A stretch of DNA of 64,000 bases from a virus (Duplodnaviria > Caudoviricetes). Of this stretch, positions 8,854-18,120 are shown one piece after another (positions within the stretch are counted from its first letter, which is position 1; every line of letters starts with the position of its first letter). The stretch is from positions 32,001 through 96,000 of IMG/VR virus record IMGVR_UViG_3300013121_000033. The stretch is one strand, 5' to 3'. A program made the position numbers and the translations under genes. The notes below the pieces were generated by a model that ran no database searches, was not told the origin of the DNA, and worked only from the letters and a program-made list of their open reading frames with translations.

Positions 8854-10317
8854 CTAGATCGTCTTGCGGATCATGGGCCGCTGGCCGGGCCGGTTTGGCT
8901 GGCCTCGGAGCCACTTATTGTGCATCGCGTTCGCAATGCGAGCGGCCTTCTCCTTGGTCATATGCCGCCGCTCCCTGAGGGCAGTGTAGACTGCCAACCA
9001 CTTAACACTTCGACAGGTCGCGGGGCTGCCGTGCAGGCATTTTTGGCGGCGGTTTTTGCGGCCGCGTTTGGATCGGGAGGGGCCGGGGGTGTCTGGTTTG
9101 CGGGGGTGTTGGATGTCGCCGATGACTTTGCCGGTGATGGCGGCGGTGACGGCGGGTTGGGTGGTGGGTTGGGTGTAGGCGGTGGTGATGTCGTTGGGGG
9201 TGTGCCAGCCGTGGCCGGGGATGGGGGCGAGGTGGAGGGTGGGGTTGCCGAGGGCGGCGGTGACGGCGGCGGTGGTGGGGTTGATCCATGCGGGGAGCAT
9301 GTTGGTGGCGCCGATGGCGTGGGCGCGGCGGCGGATGTGGGCTTCGACCTTGTCGCGGTGCTTGGCGCGTCCGATGGATTGGAGTGCTCGGCGGAGGTCG
9401 TCGCGGTTTCGGATGGGGTATGACCCGTCGGAGAGGGCGATGTTCTTGTCGGCGAGGGTGTCGCGTTCGGCTTGGGTGAAGGTGGCGGCGGTCATGCCGT
9501 GGCGGCGTTTGCGGCGGAGGGGGTGGGGACCGCAGACGGCGGTGACGCCGTCGTCGCGGGTGACGCGGGCGAGGCCGCACACCTTGCACCAGGGGCCGAG
9601 TTCGGAGGGGACGTGGGGGTGGGGGATGTCCTGGGCGTCGGCCATGGTGCCGTCGATGCCGAGGGCTTGGCGGAGGGGTTCGCCTTCTTCCTGTGCGGCT
9701 TCGGTGGTGTAGGTGTCGTCGAGGTCGGGTTCCATGTCGTCCATGTCCATGGCGCCCATGTCGTCGTCGTAGTCCGGGTGGTCGGCTTGGGTGAGGAGGT
9801 CGTCGATGTCGAACTTCGCGGCCGTCGGGTAGCCGTCGTCGAGGTCGAGGCCGGAACCGAGTTCGTAGACCGTCCAGTCGTCGCCGCGAACGAACGCGAC
9901 GGCGTCGAGCAGGATCGCGCCGTCGCCGACGGCTTCGGCGAGGTTCGCTGCCGGGAGGCCGTAGCCGACCGTGAGATGCGGGGTGAACGTCGGATACTTC
10001 TTGACGTCGTCGGGGAGCGGGGGGAGTTCCATGCGGGCACGGACGAACTCGGGGGCGTCGTCGAGGAACAGGACTTGCGCCGGGGGGGTGTCGTCCCCGA
10101 GTGGGCCGCTGTCGACGATCGTCGCGACGAACGGGTCGATCGACAGGGCGATGCGTTCCGCTGCGGCGTCGAGCGCGGCGGCGAGGTCGTCGTCGATGTC
10201 CTTGCCGTAGTAGCCGAGGGTGACGTGCTGCTGGTCGAACGGGTCGGCGCCGTCGACTTGGAGTTGCGACTCCTCCGACTCGGCGGGGATGAAGCAGATC
10301 ATCGCGGACTCGGCCAC
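8854..10317 (-). CDS. 2H phosphoesterase (2'-5' RNA ligase/Acb1-like) multi-module protein
   Basis: Two HxT motifs (QHVTLGY, PHLTVGY), then a DGSYPIRN...HIRRRA module and a C-terminal YTALR...KEKAARIAN module; GAGAGGA SD before GTG at 10317. Confidence 0.75.
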   Translation of the reverse strand: MAESAMICFIPAESEESQLQVDGADPFDQQHVTLGYYGKDIDDDLAAALDAAAERIALSIDPFVATIVDSGPLGDDTPPAQVLFLDDAPEFVRARMELPPLPDDVKKYPTFTPHLTVGYGLPAANLAEAVGDGAILLDAVAFVRGDDWTVYELGSGLDLDDGYPTAAKFDIDDLLTQADHPDYDDDMGAMDMDDMEPDLDDTYTTEAAQEEGEPLRQALGIDGTMADAQDIPHPHVPSELGPWCKVCGLARVTRDDGVTAVCGPHPLRRKRRHGMTAATFTQAERDTLADKNIALSDGSYPIRNRDDLRRALQSIGRAKHRDKVEAHIRRRAHAIGATNMLPAWINPTTAAVTAALGNPTLHLAPIPGHGWHTPNDITTAYTQPTTQPAVTAAITGKVIGDIQHPRKPDTPGPSRSKRGRKNRRQKCLHGSPATCRSVKWLAVYTALRERRHMTKEKAARIANAMHNKWLRGQPNRPGQRPMIRKTI

Positions 10318-10334
10318 GGTGGGTCCTCTCAAGG

Positions 10335-11264
10335 TCAGATGGGGAGCTTCGCGAGGGCTGCGAACACGCAACCGCAGGTGTCGAACCGGGTGATCCACCA
10401 GTCGGACTCGACTGTCTCGAACCGGTTCAAGCGGGGGTCCCAATACTGGGGTGCGCCCTCGACGTTCGGGGCGTTCACCTCGACACGGTGGGGGCCGCCG
10501 AACTCGACGATCGGGGACATCATGACCCACGCTGCGCCGTCCGGGGCTTCCATCCCGTCAGGGTCGTCGTCGGTGATCGGACCCCAGGTGCCCGGCGTCG
10601 CCGGATACCCGGACCCGGGGACGACGATGTGACCCGTGATCGTCATGAACCGGTTCCCCTGCCGGTACAGGACACCCTGGTTGTCGAGATCGACGATCAA
10701 CGGTTCCGGGACGTGGATCATCCCGAGGACACCCTTCGAGCACTCGTTCCAGTTCGCGATGAGCAACGCCATCGCGGTCGTCGCCTTCACCGGTGGCACC
10801 TCGGAGATCGGGACGGCGAGTTGCTGCAACGACGGGTTCCCCGTCTTGGCTCCCGTCCACAGTTCCCGCTCGACCTCGAACGCCAGCTTCGCGTCCAACG
10901 CGGCACGCGCCTCAGCGGTCCACACGTCCTCCTCGCCGGTGTCGATCGACCCCGACGGGCAACCGTGGAACGCTTCGGTGCGACCCGGCTTGAACTCGTA
11001 GACGTCGCCGTCGTCGCCCGGGGTGCGGTCAGCGAGGTCGCCGCCGCCCTCGCACGTCTCACGGGTGTCGACATCCATGCAGAGCGTCGAACGGGCGCTG
11101 ACACCGTTCTTCCACTCGGAGAACGTCAACGGCCGCTCCCGGGCGACCGCCTTCCCGTCGACGGTTTCGAACACGGTCATCGTCGCCGACAGTTCGTCGG
11201 CAGAGGTGAGCAGCGACACCTCCGGCCCCTTCGGGGTCATCGGACGGATCGGTTGGCCCATCAT
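10335..11264 (-). CDS. Second capsid-like protein (resembles the 'major capsid pentamer protein' of cluster-B-like actinophages)
   Basis: VERELWTG...MIHVP...T.TGHIVVPGSGYP...AWVM...FDTCGCVFA resembles that family as recalled; late-promoter motif upstream. Confidence 0.6.
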   Translation of the reverse strand: MMGQPIRPMTPKGPEVSLLTSADELSATMTVFETVDGKAVARERPLTFSEWKNGVSARSTLCMDVDTRETCEGGGDLADRTPGDDGDVYEFKPGRTEAFHGCPSGSIDTGEEDVWTAEARAALDAKLAFEVERELWTGAKTGNPSLQQLAVPISEVPPVKATTAMALLIANWNECSKGVLGMIHVPEPLIVDLDNQGVLYRQGNRFMTITGHIVVPGSGYPATPGTWGPITDDDPDGMEAPDGAAWVMMSPIVEFGGPHRVEVNAPNVEGAPQYWDPRLNRFETVESDWWITRFDTCGCVFAALAKLPI

Positions 11265-11297
11265 CTATCTCCCAACAAGGGTGGTCGCGACCGGCAC

Positions 11298-11319
11298 AGC
11301 GTAGGGTCTGGACGTGTCA
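11298..11319 (-). promoter_or_regulatory. Late-promoter motif TGACACGTCCA-N5-TACGCT
   Basis: One of seven copies, all upstream of head genes. Confidence 0.7.
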
Positions 11320-11886
11320 CAACCGCCGATCGAGCCCCGCCGGTACTCGTCGCTGCGGCGGTCCACGAAAGGACTGTCCCGAGCGAAACCCATCGACCGA
11401 GGGAAAGGCCCCAAAGGTAACCCGGATGCCACGAGAGCGTGGCAGCAACGGTCACGGACCCCGCTCGCGCCGAAAGCCGCCAAGACGGCAGACAGGGCGC
11501 AGGAACGGCGAGACGTCGTCGCCCGCGTGTTCCGCCAGCAAGGCGGCCGGTGCGCCCTCTGGTGGCACGAGACGCCGTGCAGAGGGCCGCTCGACGGCCA
11601 CGAAGTCGTCCGCCGCGGCCACTACCCCGACGGCCCCTACGACGACCAGGTCGTCGTCGTCGTCTGCCGCGGCCACCACGAGATAGATGACCGGCGGGTC
11701 GAGTCGGTGCGAGTCGGGCTCCGCGTCGAAGCAGGCATCTGGACACGATGGGGGTACCTCGCCGTCGCCGAGCAACGCCGCCGCCGCCGTTCCTACGCAC
11801 GAGGCGTCGATCCCGGGCCGCCTGTGTGGGACACCTGGCCGACCGACCCCCTCGACCCTGACCTCGCCCGCATGTGGCTCCCCTGA
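11314..11886 (+). CDS. HNH-like nuclease family protein (degenerate)
   Basis: RC...PC.GPLDGHEVVRR...VCRGHH; TAGGGT 6 nt before the GTG. Confidence 0.5.
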   Translation: MSQPPIEPRRYSSLRRSTKGLSRAKPIDRGKGPKGNPDATRAWQQRSRTPLAPKAAKTADRAQERRDVVARVFRQQGGRCALWWHETPCRGPLDGHEVVRRGHYPDGPYDDQVVVVVCRGHHEIDDRRVESVRVGLRVEAGIWTRWGYLAVAEQRRRRRSYARGVDPGPPVWDTWPTDPLDPDLARMWLP

Positions 11887-11915
11887 CCGTCACACCCATC
11901 CCATACGATCACCCC

Positions 11916-12419
11916 ATGGACAACGCCAGGCTCCCCGAACCGCTGTCGATCCCCCCATCGGACCTCGCCGCAGCCGTCGACACGATCGGAGAATGGGTCA
12001 CAGCAAGCGACCGCGACCGACTCGTCGAAGCCGACATCGCCATCGAGGAAACGATCCGAGCGCTCCGCCACCTCGCCGAGATCGTCACGAACGGCCTCGG
12101 TCAAGTCGTCGGCCGCACCGGGCGCATCAACACCGCGTGGGGGCCAAGGTGGCTGTCGCGCCGTCAAGGCAGCCAGATCACCGACTGGGACACCATCACC
12201 GCCGCCGCACGGCGGGCAGCGCTGTTCGATCCCGAAACCGGGGAACGCCGCGACGCCGAAGCGGCCGTCACCGAGTTCTCGACGCTCATCTCCCAAGTCG
12301 CGCCGCTCACCCCGTCCAGCCAGCCGCGCGTCGAAGGGCTCCGCAAGCTCGGCCTCGACAAAGCCGCCGTCGTCGAACGGGAACGAGTCGGCCCGTGGAA
12401 AGCAGACCCCGTCGGCTAA
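11916..12419 (+). CDS. Hypothetical protein
   Basis: TACGAT -10 element 6 nt before the ATG (leaderless); starts MDN. Confidence 0.6.
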   Translation: MDNARLPEPLSIPPSDLAAAVDTIGEWVTASDRDRLVEADIAIEETIRALRHLAEIVTNGLGQVVGRTGRINTAWGPRWLSRRQGSQITDWDTITAAARRAALFDPETGERRDAEAAVTEFSTLISQVAPLTPSSQPRVEGLRKLGLDKAAVVERERVGPWKADPVG

Positions 12420-12434
12420 CATCCCGACCGGGTG

Positions 12435-12675
12435 TGCGGTGCGCCCTCGGCCCCGATTGGGGCCGTCAAGCTCAACCAGGTCGGCCAATGGCCCAGGGGC
12501 GGCAGCCGCTTCACCGTGATGGGCTGCCGGTCGGCGATAGCCCTCACTTTCGTTCTGTCCGGTCTGCCGGGCGCTTTGTGCATGAAGATTGGCGAATCAA
12601 CCGCCAGTCTGGCAGACGGTGACGTTGGAGGAAGGCGCCCGCGTGAGGGCGTCTGGGGCCGCGACAGCGAGGTGC
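12435..12675 (+). ncRNA. Candidate structured non-coding RNA in a convergent intergenic gap
   Basis: About 260 bp non-coding with several stems (see finding); G-U pairs favour the + strand. Confidence 0.35.
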
Positions 12676-12678
12676 GCG

Positions 12679-13599
12679 TTAGCCGTGGACCTCGTAGTCG
12701 ACATCGGGCCGGTCGCCCTTCACCCGCACCCGGGCCGGATGCCAGAACTTCCCTTCGTACTTGCCGAACAGGAGGCCCCGGTTGTACTTCTCGCCGTAGT
12801 GGGCGAAGTGGCCTCTGGTCGGGGAGAACTCGCCGGTGCCTTCGCCGAGCGGGGTGCCCTTCGACCCTGCGCGCCGCGGGCCGGGCGGGTACACATGGAT
12901 CGTCTTCACGACGACCCCACCACCGGCGCGTTCGATGCGCCGCCGCTCGGCCCGCGGTCGGGCCGGTTCGGCGACGTCGACGTTCGACGCGTTCAGGAAG
13001 TTCAGGGTCCGCAGGAGGGTCAGCATCTCCATCGTGAAGTCGGCGCCGGTCGCCGAGTAGGAGGGGGACAGGTCGGCCCAGGAAAGGTCGGCCATCTCGC
13101 CGTCGTCGTAGACCGCGATGCGCCACAGGTACGCGGGGCCGAGCGTGGCGAGGTCGCGGTCCTCGGTGTCGGAGCGGCCGCCGACGTAGAGGTGGGCGGT
13201 GAGCCGCCAACGGACCCGGTCCCAGTCGATCGGGTCTGCGGTGTCCCAGCGGTCGGAGATCGAGGTGTCAGCGACGAGGACGTGGAGGACGAGGACGTTG
13301 CCGTAGGCGTTGACGAAGCTGACCGCCATTTCCTCGAACGGTGGGGCGATGCACGGGTGGTCGCCGTATAGGTCCACGGGGACGCCGTCGGGGATCGACT
13401 GGCGGATCGCGGTGGCGTCGATCACGACGGGGTCCCGACCGCGGACGAGGGAGTGGGCGAGGCGGGCAGCTTCGATGCCGGGGATCAGGGTGCCGTCCGT
13501 GGCGGTGAGCATCCGGCCCTTGACGTCGACCGGGCGGACCCGCCCGGCGCGCAGGTCAGCGATCACCTTTGCGATCGCCTCGGCGTTGGATGTGCTCAT
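12679..13599 (-). CDS. Hypothetical phage protein (C-terminal RGHF...FW motif)
   Basis: ATG at 13599 overlaps the upstream stop; good codon usage. Confidence 0.65.
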   Translation of the reverse strand: MSTSNAEAIAKVIADLRAGRVRPVDVKGRMLTATDGTLIPGIEAARLAHSLVRGRDPVVIDATAIRQSIPDGVPVDLYGDHPCIAPPFEEMAVSFVNAYGNVLVLHVLVADTSISDRWDTADPIDWDRVRWRLTAHLYVGGRSDTEDRDLATLGPAYLWRIAVYDDGEMADLSWADLSPSYSATGADFTMEMLTLLRTLNFLNASNVDVAEPARPRAERRRIERAGGGVVVKTIHVYPPGPRRAGSKGTPLGEGTGEFSPTRGHFAHYGEKYNRGLLFGKYEGKFWHPARVRVKGDRPDVDYEVHG

Positions 13600-14039
13600 C
13601 GTGGCATCCGTGCGTGGTCGGGGCACCGTGTGGGGGTCACGGTCCACCCGTGAGTCTCGAAGAAGTCGCGGGCCTCGTCGTCGGTGACCCGCTCGACGTT
13701 GTCGCCGTCGAGGCGGTCGCGTCGCCCGCAGTCGATGCAGTCGACGAACACGCCGTTCACTCCGAGGTTCACGGGCCGCCCTGCGACCTGGATGCCGAGG
13801 ACGTCGTTCGGGATGTATCGGGTGCCCCGTGGCGGCGGGGCGGGTTGGACGGTGACCTCGACATCGAAGATCGACCGCTCGTAGGTGGACCGGATCATGG
13901 CGGCCCACCGCTCCGCCTCGGCACGGTCGGCCCACGTCTTGGCCTTGTCGGGTGTCCGTGACTCGCCGACGCCGCTCACCTTGCTCTGGTAGGTGACGCG
14001 GCCGGTGCGCCGGTTGCGTTGCTGAACGATCCAACTCAC
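13596..14039 (-). CDS. Hypothetical protein with CxxC...CxxH zinc motif
   Basis: GTGA coupling. Confidence 0.6.
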   Translation of the reverse strand: MSWIVQQRNRRTGRVTYQSKVSGVGESRTPDKAKTWADRAEAERWAAMIRSTYERSIFDVEVTVQPAPPPRGTRYIPNDVLGIQVAGRPVNLGVNGVFVDCIDCGRRDRLDGDNVERVTDDEARDFFETHGWTVTPTRCPDHARMPR

Positions 14040-14323
14040 GATGCGCCTCGCAGCTTGGTGACTCGGTGGACGGTCTTGACGCGGTCGGGGTGGAACGACC
14101 GGAAGTGGACTGGTTCCCCGGCGCGGGCCTTGCCGAGGCAGGTGATCCACTCTGCGCCCGGCGGGGTGCGGACGTGCTCGACGAACCGGTAGCGGCCCGG
14201 GACCCCACGGATCGAGAGTTCGGTGCCAGAGACGACACGGCGGCCGTTCACGGTGATCTCGGCGGACCGTTCCCAGTCGGCGTCGACCAGGCCGACAGCG
14301 GTGGTCGTGCGGCGGCGGGTCAC
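14036..14323 (-). CDS. Small beta-rich (SH3-like) hypothetical protein
   Basis: GTELSIRG..GRYRFVEHV...EWI...FRSFHPDRVK. Confidence 0.55.
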   Translation of the reverse strand: MTRRRTTTAVGLVDADWERSAEITVNGRRVVSGTELSIRGVPGRYRFVEHVRTPPGAEWITCLGKARAGEPVHFRSFHPDRVKTVHRVTKLRGAS

Positions 14324-14649
14324 GCCGTCACCGTCCCGGTGACAGCGTCGCTCGTCCACTCGACCCACCCGTCGGTCGACCACTGAACGGTGACCCGGCG
14401 GTGCTCGCAGAACTCGGTGACGAGGTGCGGACGCCAGACCCGGTGGCGGGTGGTGCCGTCGGCGCAGTCGTGGACCTCTGTCAGGGTCCAGCCGTCAGCG
14501 GCGATCGCGTCGACTGCGACGAGTTGACCGAGGTCGCGGGCGACGGCGGAGAAGCAGGGGCCGTCGAAGTGTTGGGTGCCAGCGGCGTTCGAGCCGTAGA
14601 CCCGGTCCGTCGGCGGGTGGTAGTGGATGGTGGTGTCGTCGTTGTCCAT
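14320..14649 (-). CDS. Hypothetical protein
   Basis: Leaderless start 6 nt after TAGGGT; begins MDNDD. Confidence 0.6.
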   Translation of the reverse strand: MDNDDTTIHYHPPTDRVYGSNAAGTQHFDGPCFSAVARDLGQLVAVDAIAADGWTLTEVHDCADGTTRHRVWRPHLVTEFCEHRRVTVQWSTDGWVEWTSDAVTGTVTA

Positions 14650-14655
14650 GCCCAC

Positions 14656-14699
14656 ACCCTACCAGAGTGTTGACGTGACCACAACACCCGGTGTATGGT
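14656..14699. promoter_or_regulatory. Overlapping divergent promoters (+: TTGACG-18-TATGGT; -: TTGTGG-17-TAGGGT)
   Basis: Each -10 element lies 6 nt before an ATG; both -35 elements fall within GTTGACGTGACCACAAC. Confidence 0.7.
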
Positions 14700-14705
14700 G
14701 GGGCC

Positions 14706-15089
14706 ATGGACAACGACACCGAAACCACCGCCCCAACCGTTCCCGTCACCGTGACGGTCCTCCACACCAGCGACCTGTCCGCCTACATCCTCGCCGGACG
14801 CGGCGACCGGATCGACTACAGCGACGTCACCGACCGCGACGGCAACCCCGTCACCTGGACCGAGGTGTTCACCTTCCCCGCCAACATCGACCCCGGCGCC
14901 GACGGCGTCCTCACCCTCTGCGAAACGGCCTTCCAGGTGTTCAACATCGGCGAGACGGGCATCGCCGCCGACTACCGGGCGAAGGACCTGCGGTCCCTCT
15001 CGTGCGGCGACCGACTCCGGATCGCCTACCCCGACAGCGTCGACACCTACGAGGTCGCCAGCTTCGGGTTCGAACGGGTCACCGACTGA
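14706..15089 (+). CDS. YodL-like small protein
   Basis: FQVFN...YRAKDLRSLSCGD...YEVASFGFERV. Confidence 0.5.
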   Translation: MDNDTETTAPTVPVTVTVLHTSDLSAYILAGRGDRIDYSDVTDRDGNPVTWTEVFTFPANIDPGADGVLTLCETAFQVFNIGETGIAADYRAKDLRSLSCGDRLRIAYPDSVDTYEVASFGFERVTD

Positions 15090-15090
15090 C

Positions 15091-16068
15091 CTACTTCCGC
15101 TTGTCCGGATCGCCCATCAACTGACCGTCCCGACGTCGCCGCACCCGCGGCGACTCGGGAAGCGCCAAGATCGCGTCCGCCGCACGTCGAGCAGACCCGC
15201 CGTCCCGGTAGGCGTACACCTTCGCGACCATCGCCTCGCGCGCCGCCCGCACATCAAGCGGGTCCGACAACGCATACGCGACAGCAGGACCCAAGCCGCC
15301 CGGCTGATTCACCACCACCTGCCCGTTCGGCCAATCCCAGAACCGGCCGCCGTGCCACACCCGCCGCCGGTACTTCGGCGAGTTCAGGAACACGACCGGC
15401 CGCCCCGTCGCAGCGAACTCGGGAAGCATGCTCGTGTTGTCAGCGGCAAGCAGCGAAGCCTCCGACATCACCTCGTCGTAGGACACGGTCCGCACCCCGA
15501 GCGCCGCCCACTCGTCGAGCAGCCGCCCCTCCCACTTCGGGTGCTCATGCCCCACGACGTCACCGCCACCGGCACGAACCGAGTCGACGAACTCGCTCAT
15601 CGCCGCCCGATAGTGGAACCACGCCGACGACGCCTCCGAACACACCAGGTCAGCGTCCCAGTGGAACGTCACCGCCACCAGCCCCGGCGTCGGCTCGACC
15701 GGGTCCAGCAACCACCGGTCGAGCGCCGGACACCCGACCACCGCAACCTTCGCCTTCCGGTACGTCGCCTTCCATGCCTCCGCTACCTGCCGGTTCGGGG
15801 TGACGAACAAGGCGACATGCCCGAGCCCAGTCGCACCGGCGAACCCCCGCCGCATCGACGACCTGTCCCCCCCGTAGGTTTGACCGGCTCCGTGTTCCAG
15901 CATGACGAGAGCCCGTGACGGGAGACGGTCAGCGTCCGCCCACGACGCGACGATCGTGTAGTCCGCTTCCTTCGGGTCGTCGCAACGCACCGACTCGGGC
16001 AACGCGTCCCACACAGGCAGGATGTGGCGGGCGTAGTGGCGCAACGTCGCGAACCGGGCGATCTTCAT
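15091..16068 (-). CDS. GT-B glycosyltransferase / CDP-glycerol glycerophosphotransferase-like protein
   Basis: LEHG, VVGCPALD, HEHPK and ADNTSMLPEFAATGRPVVFLN motifs. Confidence 0.65.
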   Translation of the reverse strand: MKIARFATLRHYARHILPVWDALPESVRCDDPKEADYTIVASWADADRLPSRALVMLEHGAGQTYGGDRSSMRRGFAGATGLGHVALFVTPNRQVAEAWKATYRKAKVAVVGCPALDRWLLDPVEPTPGLVAVTFHWDADLVCSEASSAWFHYRAAMSEFVDSVRAGGGDVVGHEHPKWEGRLLDEWAALGVRTVSYDEVMSEASLLAADNTSMLPEFAATGRPVVFLNSPKYRRRVWHGGRFWDWPNGQVVVNQPGGLGPAVAYALSDPLDVRAAREAMVAKVYAYRDGGSARRAADAILALPESPRVRRRRDGQLMGDPDKRK

Positions 16069-16155
16069 GACCAGCGACCATACGCGACAGAGAGGGGCCG
16101 GGCCGTGAAGCCCGACCCCCCTCCGGTCAGGGGGTACTCGGTGAAGCCGCTGGGA

Positions 16156-18120
16156 TCAGGAGAAGTCGCAGTCGGCGGGCTCGACACCGTTGGCGCGGGC
16201 ACCGTTGGCGCACGCCGAGATGTCGATGGTCGCCGACGGCGAGCAGCCGGTCTTGGCGAGCGACAGCCACTCCTTCGAGAACCAGAGCTTCTTGTTCTGG
16301 CGGACCAGGTTGCCGTCGACCATCCAGCCCGTCGCCTGCTCGCCGGTCGCCGAGTACAGGTAGTCGGCGGGGGCGATGAGGCGGACCCGGTTCGTCGTCG
16401 GCAGCGCCGGGATCGAGTCGGCCGAGCCGCCCACCGTGGTGAGAGCGTCGAACGCACCCGACTTGAAGTCCCGGAGGAACTTCACCCGGACACCGGTCTG
16501 GTCCTCGATGTAGGCGACGAGTTCCGCCGCCCGACCGCGGGTCGTCTGGGCGAACACTCGACGGTTCTCGTCGTTGATGAGCCGCTTGATGTGACCCGGC
16601 TCCAACCAGAGGTCGTAGTCGCCCTCGTCCAGCCGCTCGCGGTACGTCAACTGCGGGAGCAGTTCGTTGACCGCGTCGATGAGGGCGACCAGGGCGCCGA
16701 CATCGGTGTAGGTCGCCGTGTACGGGTGGGCGGTGGCGTCGAACTTGGTCAGGAGGTACTGCTCACGCACCCGGGCACGCACGACGGCGAGCTTGTGCAT
16801 GAACTCCTCGACCCGCTCGGGCTGGCTGATCTCGGTCGAGTCATCGACTCGGGCCGAGGCGACCAGTTCCTCCGCCTTCACCGGGACGGCGTCGGCGCAG
16901 GTGATGTCGACCGTCGGCTTCCAGGTCGACGAGTCGTCGTCGTCGATGCCTTCCTGGTCGTCCTCGCCCCAGATCGCGACGCCGTCCTCGACCTCGTCGG
17001 ATGCGATCGCCGGGAAGTGCTGGAACCCGAGGCGACCGATCGGCCGCGACGGCAGCGAGTCCGCGAACGGCGAATCGACGATGCCGCACATCGGGATGTC
17101 CCGGAGGATGTCCAGCGGCTCGCAGATCGCGGCGGTCACGCCGGGGAGCGGCGCCAGACCGGCACGCTTCCGCTTGAACGCTGCGACCGTCTCGGCGATG
17201 AGGAGCGTCGCACGGTCCGGGCCGGTGTTGCGGTCCAGCACCTCGACCGGCATGTCGGCCGTGTCCTCGAACGGCTTGAGGGAGGCGATCACGCCGGAGA
17301 CGGCGCCGCCGCCGGGGCCGGGGCGGACGGACCGCACGGCCTCGATCATCTCGCCGATCTGGCCGTAGTTGACCTCCTCGCCCTGACGGACGACCGACTG
17401 GCCGCCCATGGCGACGAAGCTGGTGCGGGGCCGCTCGAACGCCGCGGCATCGGCGACCGGTCGACCGTCGGCGACGACGGCGGCGGTGACACCGGCCCCG
17501 GCCAACTCGCGGTCACCGGCTGCGTCGGCGGTGAATGCCTCGGCCTGGGCGACGGTGTCGGCCAGGGCGTCGGCGCTGGGCTCGTTGCTCTCGGGGGTCT
17601 GTGCCACCGTCGTCTCCTGCTCTGCGAGGGCACCCGCCGTGGGTGCCGTGGTGGAAGCATCCACCGTGGACGTGTCACCGCCCTGCACCGGGGCCTCGGC
17701 GGGTGCCTCGGCGACCGGAGTGGACGGGGCTTCTGCGACCTCGGCCGGGGCCTCGGTCACCTCGGTGGCCGCCTCCACCTCGGTGGGCGGCTCGGCCTCG
17801 GTCGCCTCCGCGGCGGCGTCGACCTCCGGCTCCACCTCGGCCTCGGCGACCGGCTCGACGAGGGCGACGTCCTCGACGATCTCGACGCTGCGCAGCTTGT
17901 TGATCGCTTCGGCGATCTCGTTGCGCTGCGCCTTGAGCGACTTCATCTGGTCGCTCCACTGCAACGTCCGCTTCTCGCCGTCGAGAGCAGCGATCGTCTC
18001 GGTCAGGCGGCCGTGCTCCGAGAGCAGGTCGTCGACGTCCATGGCGGTGAGGTCGAGAGCCTGGCCCTCGACCTCGGCGGCCTCCGTCGCGGCCTCGGCG
18101 TTCTCCGGGGTCTGGTCCAT
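16156..18120 (-). CDS. Major capsid protein (cluster-B-like 'hexamer' type) with long N-terminal propeptide
   Basis: GGAGGA SD; coiled-coil and acidic Ala/Glu-rich N-terminus; AAICEPLDILRDIP...DSLPSRPIGRLG...KPTVDITC core; late motif upstream. Confidence 0.75.
   Translation of the reverse strand: MDQTPENAEAATEAAEVEGQALDLTAMDVDDLLSEHGRLTETIAALDGEKRTLQWSDQMKSLKAQRNEIAEAINKLRSVEIVEDVALVEPVAEAEVEPEVDAAAEATEAEPPTEVEAATEVTEAPAEVAEAPSTPVAEAPAEAPVQGGDTSTVDASTTAPTAGALAEQETTVAQTPESNEPSADALADTVAQAEAFTADAAGDRELAGAGVTAAVVADGRPVADAAAFERPRTSFVAMGGQSVVRQGEEVNYGQIGEMIEAVRSVRPGPGGGAVSGVIASLKPFEDTADMPVEVLDRNTGPDRATLLIAETVAAFKRKRAGLAPLPGVTAAICEPLDILRDIPMCGIVDSPFADSLPSRPIGRLGFQHFPAIASDEVEDGVAIWGEDDQEGIDDDDSSTWKPTVDITCADAVPVKAEELVASARVDDSTEISQPERVEEFMHKLAVVRARVREQYLLTKFDATAHPYTATYTDVGALVALIDAVNELLPQLTYRERLDEGDYDLWLEPGHIKRLINDENRRVFAQTTRGRAAELVAYIEDQTGVRVKFLRDFKSGAFDALTTVGGSADSIPALPTTNRVRLIAPADYLYSATGEQATGWMVDGNLVRQNKKLWFSKEWLSLAKTGCSPSATIDISACANGARANGVEPADCDFS

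Noticed and set aside
9040-9800. Strong G/T versus C/A strand-skew patches (also 5650-6600 and 54180-54600)
   Set aside because: Explained by local synonymous codon choice within ordinary ORFs; no repeat or boundary signal found
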